From: Callorhinchus milii
Lineage: Eukaryota
Direction of reading: 5' to 3'
Assembly: GCF_018977255.1 (NCBI RefSeq)
Contig: NW_024704752.1
Coordinates: 806,001 to 870,000 of the forward strand
DNA length: 64,000 nt
Each line of letters opens with the position of its first letter. Positions within the stretch are counted from its first letter, which is position 1. The translations under genes were made by a program, and so were the position numbers. Positions 49,463 to 63,200 of this stretch are shown piece after piece. A model generated the notes under the pieces. That model worked only from the letters and a program-made list of their open reading frames with translations, made no database searches and had not been told where the DNA came from.

Positions 49463-52400
49463 ATGTATGTGGGAAATATGTTTTTCTTTTTCCTGTTAGA
49501 ATTGCTCAGACTTGAGGCTGGATGGGGAAGCGGTGAACATAGTTGTAAACTTCAAGGGAAGTTCGATTTACCTGAACTGTCAAAGGACGGAGACATCATT
49601 CTGGGGGGACTTTTTAACTTGCACATGGACAGGGTTGAGAATGTGCATTCCTTTACTGTCCGGCCAAAAGCAGAACAGTGCAAACGGTCAGTTGACATAT
49701 ATTTTTCCGTACAATTTTAATTAATTGAATGGTTTTGATGAAATCACACATTTTGCCATTTACAGTATATAGTTTGGGACATGACATGTGAATGTGACTG
49801 CCAGGCAGGGGAGAAGGCGAACTGGATGGACCTTGGTCTTCTTTTGTCTCACAGTTTTTATGTTGTAAGACCCAGGGAAATAAAATATTAAGTTATGATG
49901 AGTAAATCATACGAGATTTTGAAATATACTTTTAAAATGTATAAATGTAAACATTGTAGTTATGAATTCATCACCCAATATACATTGATTGATTGTATTA
50001 GTAAATGATTCTGAAAATTAAGTAATTCTTCAAGACCTTTAAGCATTTTGAGACTAACTTAAATATAATAATAATAAATAATAATCCTTGCATTTGATAT
50101 AGCACTTTTCACGTCTTTTAGATGTCTCAAAGCACTTCACAGAATATACTGTCAAGTGAATTGACTGCATATTATGTGGACGAAACGCGTTTAGTTGACA
50201 GCGTTGGCAGTTCACCACCTTGATCATACATAATACGGAAGATAAAAATAATGCCATTTCCAATCTGTTATTGTAATAGGTTAGTCAGATCCGCACCCCA
50301 TAAATGTGTCTATGGTTGTTGAGGTTCCCTTCTGTTGGCTACACGGTGCAAGACTTGAAATTAAATCAGTCAGATTTCCATTCCAGATCCACAGATGTAA
50401 GAAACTGAAGGTTGCACCAGTCTTAATATAACAGATGGAAAGACGCAATTGATTAACCTTTGAGAACCCAAATCCAATGTGTAATTGCAATGAGGTAAAT
50501 CACTGAACTACCAATTCACCAACCTGTGTCTATGCATCAATGGTATGTTGTCAAATTGAAATAACTTTGGTAGTTATACAACCCTTGTAATGTCATTGAT
50601 GTTATGTCTTAGAAACCATTTTCATAAGATAACCAAAAGAGGTGATCTCATTCCATGATGCTAATAATTTGTGTAACTCCAAAGGTTTGATTTCAGAGGC
50701 TTTCGCTTGGCTCAGACCATGATTTTTGCCATCGAAGAAATCAACAGAAATCACCTCCTGTTGCCAAATGTCACACTGGGATTCAGGATCCACGATGATT
50801 GTGCGTCATCCAAGATTGTGACAAAAGCGGCCTTAGCTCTTGTTAATGGGCAGGAAACCGGTTTGGGTTATTCTTGCACAGGACAATCTAATGTCATCGG
50901 GATCGTTGGGACACAAGGATCCTCTGAGTCTATTGCAGTAGCAAGAGTTATTGGTCCTTTTCAAGTTCCGATGGTAATGTTGTATTTCTATTGTAATAAA
51001 TAATACATAATTATCTGCACATTTAATGCAATATTGTGGAGTCCTGTAGTTCAGTGGTTAGAGCGCTCGCTTTGCAAGTGAGAGACCTGAGTTCAATCCC
51101 AGGCAGAGGGCGAAACCTTGGGCAAGTGTCCTTACTCCACACAGAGCCTAATAATAATCCCTCCCAAACCAAAACCAATAATAAATTGGTAATTTTCAAT
51201 CCACAGCTGTTTGTGGGACACTGCTGTGCGCAATTGGCTGCTGCGTTCGCCCACAAATATACAGTCAATTCACTTTACAGTATGTTCTGTGAAGCGCTTT
51301 GGGATGTCCTCCTGACGTGAAAAGCGCTATATTAAATGCAAGGATTATTATTATTATTATTATTATAATATAGTCTATTGCAAATAACATGTTTGCTTAA
51401 ATAAAATATTGATATTATGAGACATTGGGATGATGTGAAGCTGCTATATCAAATGCAAGGATTATTGTTATTATTATTAGATGAATTTATCTAGTAAAAC
51501 CATGAAGGTGCTTTGCCAATTCCTAATGATTATGATCACTGCACACTGAGCGCATTTTCTTTCATTATAATCAGATTTACTTTTTCTGCACTTTACCTTT
51601 ATTTTGTTGCTGATAGGTCAGTTACTTTTCCACCTGTACGTGTCTCAGCAGCATTGAAGAATACCCTACCTTCTTCAGAACGATACCAAGCGATTCCCAT
51701 CAGTCTAAACTTTTAGCGCAACTTGTTCAGATGTTTGGATGGACGTGGATTGGGACAGTGAGCAGCAACAATGATTACGGTCGATTTGGGATACAAGCAT
51801 TTTTGGAAGCTGTTCAGAAGCTGGGAGTTTGCATCGCCTACTCGGAGTCCTTCTACAGAACCGACTCTGTAGAAAAAATTGCCAAAGTTGTAGACACAAT
51901 TAAAAAAGGGTCGACAAAGGTTGTGGTGGCACTTGTTTCTCCGGGAGACATGCTATTTTTGCTAAAGGAAGTTGTGCGCCAAAATGTGAGCGACATACAG
52001 TGGCTAGGAAGTGAAGCCTGGGTTACAGCAGAACTCCTCCCTTCATGGCAAAGTACCAGGTTTCTAGTTGGGACCATTGGGCCTGCAATCCCTCGGTTCC
52101 ACATATCAGGACTAAGAGAATATCTTCTTAAAGTTCACCCTTCTTTGTTTCCTGACAATATTTTAGTCTACGAATTTTGGGAAACAATGTTCAAATGTAT
52201 TCTAAGGGAAGACCACTCGAAAACACGGTCAAACACTGAAGCTCCAATCCATAGATGTACAACAAACGAAAATCTAGAAGAAAAAAGCAGCACATATTCA
52301 GATATAACATTGGACGGTAGTTCTTACAATGTATATAAAGCTGTCTACGTGTATGCTCATGCACTTCATAACATGTTGCTGTGCAGCGAAGGCAAAGAAC

Positions 52401-54834
52401 AAAAGAATAATAAAACATGTGCAGACATTACAAATTTAAAACGATGGCAGGTAAGCTATCTGTTACCAAAATCTAACATGTGAGATTTACTGAGTGAAAT
52501 GTGACAGAAATAATAATAATCCTTGCATTTGATGTAGCGCCTTATCACGTAACTGAAATGTCTTAAAGCACTTCACAGAATATATTGAAAAGTGTATATT
52601 TTGTGTTGTTCAAATTCATCATTAACTTTAATGCCCACAATGATTTCAGGATAAAAGTGTCCTTTGGCTGAAGTCTTACATAATGCTAATATTATCTGTG
52701 TGTGTATGTGTGTCTATGTGTGAGTGTATGTGTGTGTGTGGGTGTGTGTGTATATGTGCATGTGAGTATTTCTACCATTGGTTTTGTAAATTAATTTGGA
52801 ATTTATCTCGTTCCAATTCTCTTCTCACAGTTGCTTGATTTTATACGTTTGGTAAACTTCACCACGAGGACAGGTGACAGAGTGAACTTTGATAACAATG
52901 GGGATCCAGTTGCCACTTATGATTTGATAAACTGGAAAATTAATGTCAATGGCTCTGCTGAGATTGTGAAAGTGGGTTATTACAATGGAGCTGCCCCTTC
53001 AGGACAACAACTCACACTGGATGAGGAACATGTGATGTGGAGCAGTGGCAGCAATAAGGTATGGACTTGAGGTAAAAGTCAGTCCCATTTTGTGTGCAGA
53101 TGTTTTGGAATATCAGAATATCACAAGTGGTAATTAATATATGAAATAAATTAAAGCAATGGGCTGGTCAGTGGTGATAGCCAGAAGAAGAGTGAAAGGA
53201 GGGGTGGGATTTGTTTATTTGGTTTCGTTCAGAGAGTTGTTGGGATGTTGATGTCCTGCCAATTAAAGGGGTAGAGCCAGAGTCGATTTTTGATTTGAAG
53301 AGGGAAGGTAGAGACTGGAATGGGTATGGGGAGAGGGCAGGGCAGTGGGCCTGAAAGTCCAGCATGCTTTGAGAGCAGCAACCTCAATGACAGGATATGT
53401 ATATATTCCAGCATTTGCACCAACACAGACTCTGGGGTTCCCAAGCCCTGGCTCTTGCCAACCTGTGCCTAATACTTTCCAGAATTAGGTAAACAGGATG
53501 TGCCCCCCATGGAGAGAGAGAGAGCATATTACATTCCAACAATCTATCTCTGGGATTTCTATGTGTGGGTGGGATACATCGAATTCTCAGCTTGGTTTGG
53601 ATACTCTTAAGCATGGTGATGGGTTTCCACATGTGTCAGACACCCAGCTGACCAAAAATTGACCAATCCTGGAAATTGAACACAATATATAGATCTTCTC
53701 TCTGTGCAGGTTCCTCAAGCAGTCTGCAGTGAGAGATGCCAACCTGGATCAAGAAAAACCGTGAGGAAGGGACAACCCATCTGTTGTTTTGACTGCACAC
53801 AGTGTGCAGACGGTGAAATCAGCAACACAACAGGTGAGTGTTTGATGAAATTGTGTAAATATATGACTCTCTTCACTGCTAAATTTTAATTTTATGTACA
53901 ACTTTATAACTTTATTTCAGATTCTCTCTTCTGCTTAAAGTGCCCGTGGGAATATTGGTCAAATGAGCGGAGGGATGAATGCATACCAAAGAAGATAGAG
54001 TTTCTTACATTCGACGAGAACATAGGGATTGCATTAACATCACTGGCCATAGTAGGAGTGGGTCTCACTGTCGCCATTGCAGCTGTTTTCTTCCAATACA
54101 AGGACACTCCTATTGTTAAGTCCAACAATTCTGAACTGAGTTTCCTCCTCCTGTTTGCATTAGCACTGTGTTTCCTGTGTTCGCTCACTTTCATTGGTCA
54201 ACCTTCGGTTTGGTCTTGCATGCTACGACGCACTTCATTTGGGATCTCCTTTGTCCTGTGCATTTCTTGTGTTTTGGGGAAAACTATCATTGTATTGATG
54301 GCATTTAAGACAAAGTTTCCCAATAATAATAGGGTCAAATTATTTGGACTCGGGCGACAACGATTCAGTATTTTTGCCCTCACATTTATTCAGATTTTGC
54401 TGTGTGCTCTCTGGTTAAGTCAAGCAGCGCCTTTTCCATTGAAAAACGGCAATTACTACAGAAACATTATTATTTTGGAATGTGATGCCGGGTCTACAAC
54501 AATATTCTATTGTGTGTCAGGATATATTGCCTTGTTGTCCTGTGTAAGCTTTATTCTAGCGTATTTAGCCCGAAAACTGCCAGACAATTTCAATGAGGCC
54601 AAATATATAACCTTTAGCATGCTGATCGTCTGTGCTGTTTGGGTAACGTTTATCCCAGCTTATGTCAGCTCTCCAGGGAAATACACTGTGGCTGTGGAGA
54701 TGTTCGCAATTTTAGCATCCAGCTTTGGTTTATTGGTTTGCATTTTTGCTCCGAAATGTTATGTGGTTTTATTGAAACCAGAATGCAATACAAAAAAACA
54801 CATCATGGGTAAAGTTCCTTCACCTAAATCTTAA
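49463..54834 (+). CDS. V2R/OlfC-type class C GPCR, gene 6 (exons 1-2 shared with genes 2/3), about 870 aa
   Basis: Exons 49463-49686, 50685-50973, 51617-52450, 52831-53058, 53710-53833, 53921-54834; GT-AG; total 2613 nt in frame. Confidence 0.92.
51035..51368 (+). mobile_element. tRNA-derived SINE (young)
   Basis: Near-identical to the copies at 1-311 and 14908-15250. Confidence 0.88.
52697..52765. repeat. (TG)n-rich microsatellite
   Basis: Imperfect TG run in gene 6 intron 3. Confidence 0.8.
53410..53648 (-). repeat. Unclassified repeat terminus, same family as 9348
   Basis: Ends GGGTTTCCACATGTGTCAGACACCC, the reverse complement of the family start. Confidence 0.65.
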
Positions 54835-56259
54835 TTATTAGTTTTTAACATTGTGACAAGGTATGATGTGATATCTAGTTTTAGGATATACTGAATATTT
54901 ATAGATATATATATATCACACATATATATGATAGATTTAATTTTTTATTCTAGAATGAATTACGTTTTCATCATTTTAGTTAAATGTTTATCGTTTAAAA
55001 TTTTTTCAGCAACTACTGCTGAAGCCTTGCACCACAAGCTACAATTTTTTCGATGACCAACACTGACGAATTAGATATGTACTTGAAAAGGAAAAAATTG
55101 CAATTCTATGGGGTAAGAGCTGGGGAGTGGGACGAGTTGATAGCTCTTTCAAAGAGCCGGTACAGGAATGATAGGCCGAATGGCCTTCTTCTGTGCTGTA
55201 AGTTTCCATGATTCTATCGTGACTATTCTCCTGAGTGATGTCTAATGAGAGGGAACTGGCTATGAGGTGATACATGGCAAAGCTAAAGAAGAAGTTAACC
55301 GTCTTTTTTGTGGTGAGCTCTTCGATCTGACACCTGAGCTGCAGGACTTGATCAAGGATTGATCAACTTGTTGAGGTCATCTATGGGACTTGGAGGACAA
55401 CAGCGATAAAGAGTACAGTAGTCCAAGGAGTACAAACAGTTAATAACCTTACAAAAGATCTCCTCTTTGTATTCTGCACCATTATAAACAGTTTGAATAC
55501 TAAATGGGTCAATAATTCATCACCCACATATGGTTCTGCAGATCTCCCACTCACTTTCCAAAACAGCAGCATTTGAAGAAAGGGAGGGGTGAAGCTGGGC
55601 GATTTGGTGGAGGTGGAGGAAGGAGGGCTTGGTCAGGGACCAGATGTGGAGAAGGAAAAATAACTGCTCTGAAGATTGCTTCCAGGTGGCCTACAAATAA
55701 AATATGTCACCCCTGCGACATCTTGATAGCAGATATTGAACAATCACACACCATAGATCTTCCTCATATCCCTGACTCCTGTTTAATAGAAAACCATGGA
55801 GAAGGTAACTTTTGTCATCTCTACAGGATGATTTTTAAAGTTAAATCACGCTGATAAGAATGTATGAAATCTTTACAAAAATCTGTATGAATAACATATG
55901 TTGAAGGCTTTCTCATGAGGGCGTTAAATTCTCCCTGTCCTAACCAATCATCTTGGGCTGCAATTATTCAGTTGTGACACCTCACAACTTGGTTAACAAA
56001 GTAGCAACAACTGGACTAACTCACACGATAAAGGTGTGAAGTGGCTTTAGTTATACATTTCGTGTCATAATTTATTTTTTTCTGGAGGATAAACCTATAG
56101 ATATTTTTCTCATATACTGTTCCTCTTTAGTCAAAAACAAGTACTTTAATTATTACAATTTGTTGTTGTACAATTTGAAATTTTATAATGGTTTTCATTA
56201 GGGAAAATGTATCAAAGCGCTTCAGAAAGACTGCATTCTCCAGAAGTCGTGGTCCATGC

Positions 56260-57922
56260 TGGGATCCATGACATAGGGAAAAAAATGGCTGAGATCCTAC
56301 AGGGAAAGTGTCAAAAGCTGGAGGAAATAAAGAGTAGGACCTTCAAAGGTGATGATCTCTGGATTACTCCCAGTCCCTAGTTCAAGTGAGATCAACAGGG
56401 CAGGATCAAACACATGAATGCATGGCTGGAGAAATGGTGCAGAAAGGAGGGCTTCAGGATCATTGTGACCAGTTCTGTAGCAGGTGGGACCTGTACAAGG
56501 TTGATGGTTACACCTGAACAGGGCTGGGACCAATGTCCTCGCAGGGAGGTTAACTAGTGCTGTGGGGAAGTGTTTAAACTAATTCTGAGGGGGTAAGAGA
56601 ATGAGCATGTCGCATCAGAGAGGACCAACGAGTTACATAGAGGGCTGGGAGAGATGAATAGCAATGTAATAAGGAGTAATCCAGAAAAAGGAGGGATTAG
56701 ACGGGGGAGAAATGCAGAGCAGAATCAGTCGGTCTTGGAGTGCATGTGCGTAAATGCACGGAGTGTGACAAATAAGGTTGGTGAGCTGTGGCTCAAGTTG
56801 CCACATGGAGTTATGATGTAGTGGCAATAACGGAGACCTGGCTCAAACAGGATAAGAATGGGAGCTGAATATCCTGGCTACAATCTATTCAGGAGAGATC
56901 TGGCAGGAAAGAAAAGGAAGGGAGGGGGCAATATTGATTAAAGACACAATTACGGCTCTGGAAAGGGATGGTGTGGTAGAGGGTCCAAAAACAGAATCTG
57001 TTTGGTTAGTTAAGGAGCAGAAAAGGAGCTGTTACTCTGTTAGGTCAATACTATAGATCACCAAATATTGTGAAGGAGTTAGAGGAGCAAATCTGCAGCA
57101 GATTTCAGAAAGATGCAAAACCAATGAGTAGTAAGAATGGGGGACTTCAATTATCCTAACATAGACTGACAAAATAAAAAAAGTGTAAAGGGAAATAGGG
57201 GGAAAGGCTTTCTGAAATGTGCAGGATAACTTTCTGGATCAGTTTGTTTCCAGCCCAACAAGGAAGGAAGCTGTGCTGGATCGAATTCTGGGGAATAAAG
57301 TGGGGCAAGTGGAGCAGGTTTCAGTAGGAGAACATCTGGACAACCATGATCATAACATCAGTGGGTTTAGAGTACTGATGGAAACGGACATTTATATCAA
57401 AGGTATCAAAGATATCAAAGGTGAAGATACTCAACTGGAAGAGGCTAATTTCAGTGAGTTAGAAAGGGACCTAGCCAAGGTGGACTGGAAAGAAAGGATG
57501 GCAGGTAAAACAGCTAACGAGCAATGGGAAGCCTTCAAGAAGGAGATAGTTCAGGGGCAGAACAAATGCATTCACACAAAGGGGAAAGGTAGGGCATCCA
57601 AACCTCTCTGGATGACCAAGGAAATTGGGATTAAAATAAAACAGAAAAAGGAGGCTTATGATAAATGTTGATTCCAAAATACAGAAGATAATCAAATAGA
57701 ATATAGAAGGTACAGAGGAGAACTGAAAAACGAATACGAGGGGCAAAGAGATTGTATGAGAAAATATTAGCCAGTAACATAAAAAGGAACCCTAAGGTAT
57801 TTTATGAGCATATAAAGAATAAAAAGTTAATCAATGGTTGGGTGGGTCCTATTAGGGATCAAAGAGCCGGCACAGACATCATAGGCTGAATGGCCTCCTT
57901 CTGTGTTGTTTAATTCTATGAT
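56260..57922 (+). mobile_element. Internally deleted CR1 LINE (ORF1 end, ORF2 endonuclease, 3' end)
   Basis: Degenerate DGLHLNRAG (CR1 ORF1 esterase-like), ITETWL, MGDFNYP and QFVSSPTRKEAVLD motifs; jumps to a CR1 3' terminus at about 57860. Confidence 0.82.
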
Positions 57923-58029
57923 CCTCTAGTGCCTGTTTTTATTTTTATTTTATGGGCTTCGTACTCCACTACCTCACATAAAGGGCTCTATATAAGTTAT
58001 TGTTAGATCAAATGCCTGGGAAGAGGCAT

Positions 58030-58862
58030 ACACAGAATGGTGGAATGGGCTGACATGTGGCAGATGGATTTCAATGTAGATAAGTGTGAGGTGATACACT
58101 TAGGTAGGAAAAATGATAGGAGGCAATATAGACTTGGGAGCTCAATCTTAAGGGGGGTGAACGTACAGAGAGATCTGGGCGTTCAAGTAAACGATTCATT
58201 GAAGGTGGCAGAGCAGGTAGATAGGGCAGTAAAAAGGGCATTTGATGTACTGAGCTTCATTAGTAGGGCATAGAGTATAAGAGCAGAGGGGTTATGCTTA
58301 ATCTGTACAAAACACTGGTTAGGCCTCAGCTGGAGTACTGCGTCCAGTTCTGGGCACCGTACCTCAGGAAGGACATTAAGGCACTGGAAAGGGTGCAGAG
58401 GAGATTCACGAGAATGATACCAGGAATGGGGAACCTTAGCTATGAGGACAGGCTGGAGAAGGTAGGACGTTTCCCTTTAGAGTAGAGAAGGTTACGCGGG
58501 GACATGATAGAGGTCTTCAAGATCATGAAAGGTTTCGACAGGCGAGATAGGGAAAAGCTGTTACCGCTGGTAGGTGTGTCTGTGACTCGTGGTCACAGTC
58601 TTAAGATATCTACCAAAAGAAGCAGAGGGGAGGTTAAAATAATTTTTTTCACTCAGCGAGTTGTTAGAATTTGGAATGATCTGCCCGAAAGGGCAGTGAA
58701 GTCTGAGTCGATAACAACTTTTAAGAGAGAACTGGACAGGTATCTGGAGAAGACAGGTTTGCAGGGGAGAAAGCTGGTGAGTGGGGTTAATAAAAGTCAG
58801 TTGTTCTGTCAAAGAGCCGCACAGACTCGATGGGCTGAATGGCCTTCTTCTGTGCCGTAACA
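58030..58862 (+). mobile_element. CR1 LINE 3' fragment
   Basis: WADMWQMDFNVDKCEV, LVRPQLEYCVQFWAP and FFTQRVVRIWN motifs, with stops. Confidence 0.9.
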
Positions 58863-58897
58863 CACAAAAAAAAGAGGTGCATATGTAATTAGATACT

Positions 58898-59795
58898 CAT
58901 AGAATCATGGAATCTTACGGTACAGAAATAGGCCATGCGGCCCATCTGGCCTGTGCCACTATTTGAAAGAGTCCCACTCCCCGCACTTTTCCCATAGCCT
59001 TGCAATTTTTTTCCTTTTCAAGTCTATATCCAATTACCTTTTTAAAATTATTATTGAATCTGCTTCCACCACCCTTTCAGGCCGTGCATTCCAGATCATA
59101 ACAACTCTCTGGGTAAAAACAAAACTTCTCATCTCCGCTCTAGTTCTTTTTCAAATTATCTTAAATCTGTGTCCTCTGGTTACCAACCCCCCTACCAGAG
59201 GAAACAGTTTCTCTTTATTTACTCTATCAAAACCCTTCATAATTTTGAACACCTCTATTAAATACCTCCTCAACTTTCACTGCTCTAAGGAGCACAATCG
59301 CAGCCTCTCTAGTCTCCCCACATAATGGAAGTCCCTCATCCTTGGTACCATCCTAATAAATCTCCTCTACACCCTTTCCAAGGCCCTGACATCCTTCCTA
59401 AAGTGTGGTACCCAGAATTGGACACAATACTTCATCTGAGGCCTAACTAGTGATTTATAAAGTTTTAGCATAACTTTCTTTCTTTTGTGCTCTATGCCTC
59501 TATTTATAAACTCAAGGATCCCATTTGCTTTTCAACAGCTTTGTCAACTTGTCCTGCCACTTCAAAGATTTGTATATGTGAACCTCAATGTCTCTCTTTT
59601 CCTGCACCCTCTTTAAAATTGTACCATTTAGCACAATTGGCTGCCGTGTTTCTCCACAAAATACACAGTCAAATTCACTTTACAGTATATCTTGTGAAGT
59701 GCTTTGAGACATCTCGAAAACATGATAAGACGCTGTATCAAATGCAAGGTAGTAGTAGTATTATTATATTGCCTCTCTTCATTCTTCCTGCTTAG
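58898..59795 (-). mobile_element. CR1 LINE 3' fragment, with a SINE tail (+) inserted at about 59630-59767
   Basis: CATAGAATCATGGAATC tail at 58898 and similarity to 3945-4650. Confidence 0.82.
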
Positions 59796-60290
59796 TCATG
59801 GGGGTTAAAATAATCTATTACCGTACTATTAGGTTCATCCACTGCAAATGTATATAGATTTATATACATACGCACACACTTGCTGGAACATTGTCAACCT
59901 TCAATTAATTTCATTTATTTGCTCGCTATTACACTCATTCAGCAAAATGAAAGTCATCACAGAAAACCTCTGCTCTTTACAGAAAATCAGTTGATAATTG
60001 GATTTATAAATGCTATACCATGATTTAATTTAAGATATACAGCAAAGTATCAATAATAAATTAATTTAGTTATATACCTACCATGCAATTGTTTCCAGTC
60101 TCTGTTCCACAACAAATTATATGCTTCCATTATGAGCATTACTCTCTTGTGGGAATTGAAAGCTTATTGTTTTTTTTAGAGTTCAGAGCTATATAAGATC
60201 ACCATACCAAGCAAGACAGTGAATAAAAGAATTTATGATTAGCTCAGTAAGTTTGGGGAAAACCTGGCACAAGTCGTCTTAAATATTGCA

Positions 60291-63200
60291 ATGAACAGCC
60301 TTGTGTGGTTGGGATTATTAATAATATTGCCAGTATCTGGCATAGATAATCAAGTCTGCAAACTTCAAGCACATCCCAGAATAGCTGAGTTATCCAAAAA
60401 TGGGGATATCATATTAGGAGGAATTTTTAACCTGCATTCAGGCAGTTATGAGCTGAGTCATTCATATACAAGATTACCAGATGAAATCCACTGTAGAAGG
60501 TTAGTATATATTTATTCAGATCCAATGTGAGACTGTCTTCATGTAGATTTATATTGTTTCAAACATGTAAAATAGTGTTTTAATCTATAATTGCACCTTT
60601 CCATTTCTTATTGTATCACACTATAACAGCAAATTGTTTCCATTTCCTGAACCAAATTAGAATACTTTATTGGAGTAACATGCTTAGAACATGCTATGTT
60701 TATACAAATTTCAGAGTGCAGTAAAATGTTGTATTAAACTGAAAAACTAACTCTCCTAATGCAAAATATCTGTTTTGCAGCTTTAGTTTAGGAAGCTTTC
60801 GCCTCGCCCAAACCATGATATTTGCTATAGAAGAAATCAATCGCAGCAATACATTGCTTCCAAACATTACCCTGGGATACAGGATTTATGATGACTGCAT
60901 TTCCTCCAGAATTGCCACAAAGGCAGTTTTGGCCCTTGTCAATGGAGAAGACAAGACAGTATCTGATTTAAAGTGTCCAGCACACAACAAAGTCACTGCT
61001 ATTGTTGGCTGTGATGGATCCTCGCAGTCCATAGCAGTAGCTAGATTAATTGGGCCTTTTAGAATTCCAATGGTAAGTGTCAACTGTGTACCTTGTACAA
61101 AGTGTAAGGTCATCAAGTAGAACAAATGTTTCCTATTGGAAGAAATGAATATTGTATTGCACCGTTAGAAGGCCAACATGTGGCTTTGCCATATTAACTG
61201 TCCTCTTAACATGGGCATTGCTATGGAAATCCACTAATTTGGAATTGATTCAATTTCCATGAATGCTATGCACTTGATATTAATGTGTTTAACATCTAAC
61301 ACTTGAGGGATGAGCAACTGAAAAAGGTTTGTCTGGTTCAAAGACATTGTGTATTTGACCGAATGTTCATTGAATATTACCTCAATGATGTATCAGTTAT
61401 TTATTACTGATCTGATTTCCACCACAGGTGAGTTACTATTCCACCTGCTCCTGCCTGAGCAACAGGCGAGAGTATCCCTCGTTTTTCAGAACAATACCGA
61501 GCGATTACCATCAGTCAGAACTTTTAGTTCAACTCGTCAAAAAGTTTAGATGGACTTGGATTGGGACAATAAGAAGCAATAATGATTATGGCCGTTTTGG
61601 GATGCAGGCCTTTGTGAAGTCGGTGGAAAAGCTTGGAGTGTGTATCGCATATGCTGAATCTTTCCACAGAACCGACCCGAGAGAGAAAGTGTCCCAAATT
61701 GTAGAGGTGATTAAAGGAGCCACCACAAAGGTCATTGTAGCCTTTATTTCTGTGACAGAAATGAGAATTTTGCTGAAAGAAATTGTCCATAAAAATGTCA
61801 CAGATTTACAGTGGGTAGGAAGTGAGGCGTGGGTCACAGCACAGGTGTTGCCACCTGAGGAAAGTGCCACGTTTCTGGTTGGTACAATTGGCCCTACAAT
61901 ACGCAGAAGGAAAGTGACAGGACTTCAAGATTTTCTTCTGAAAATCCACCCTACTTTGTTCCCTGGGAACTTTGTCATTGAGGAATTTTGGGAAACAGCA
62001 TTCGATTGCATTCTGAAAATCAAAAATTTTACAGATCAGGAAAAATATCCCAAGCAGTGTTCAGGAGAAGAAAACTTGCTGGAGGCCACTGATAAATATC
62101 TGGATCGAGCCTTACGAGGGAATTCGTACAATGTATACAAAGCAACCTATGCTCTTGCCCATGCGTTTCACAAAATGTTCTCTTGTGAGAACACCAAAAG
62201 GTCAAGCACAAATGACACGTGTGCAAATATTACTCATTTTGAACCATGGCAGGTAAGGATAAACCATCTCTTTCTGTCCAAACACATCGGTGTCAATGTA
62301 ACTTTTATAATATTAATCCTTACATTTGATATCCCGCCTTATCATGTCTTCGAGGCATCTCAATGCACTTCACAGAACACACTGCAAAATGAATTGACCG
62401 CATATTCTGTAGGCGAGTTGTGCTTTATTTTTTACTTACTTATTCACTTTGAACGGTTCTGTCATCCTGAAGGTTCTTCAGAATTTGCAATCAGTTCACT
62501 TCACAACTAAGGCTGGAGACCACGTCTATTTTGATGAAAATGGTGATGCTGTGGCTATATATGATTTGGTAAATTGGCAAACCAATGTCAATGGTACTGT
62601 TGAGATTAAAATAATTGGATACTATAATGGAACCTCAACAAATGATGAAAAGCTTGTGTTCAATGAAGAATCTATCACCTGGACCACTGAACAAAAAACA
62701 GTAGGAATACTTTGCAATATACATTTAATCTATCGACACAAATGTTAACTAGTTTGATACGATATTCAAGAAATTAAGGGATTCACTGCAATATGTATTT
62801 CATTCATCAATGCTAATATATTTGCTCAATATGTTTGTAATAATAATAATAATCCTTGCATTTGATAAACAGCAACAACAAAATCACATTCGATAATAGC
62901 GTCTTATCACATCTTCAAAGTGTCTCAAAGAACTTCACCGAATATACCATAAAGAGAATTAACTGCATATTTTGTGTAATTTAGTTTGTATTATTGAAGG
63001 TTATTCATTTTAGTCACTGCCTGAAATCCCCACTTCAAATTGACATTACATATTACAATAATACTTTGAGAACATCTGGGACTCAGGCTTTGTTTTCCAG
63101 CTGGGGTTTTATTACATCTTAATTAATAACTTTTCTGGATTTGAGTTGCTCAAAATAACAATCTCTCAAAGTTTTTTCTGCTGTCAAAAATAAAAGCTCC

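Noticed and set aside
56260-58862. Intact autonomous CR1
   Set aside because: Multiple stops and frameshifts, RT core missing and two separate 3' ends.
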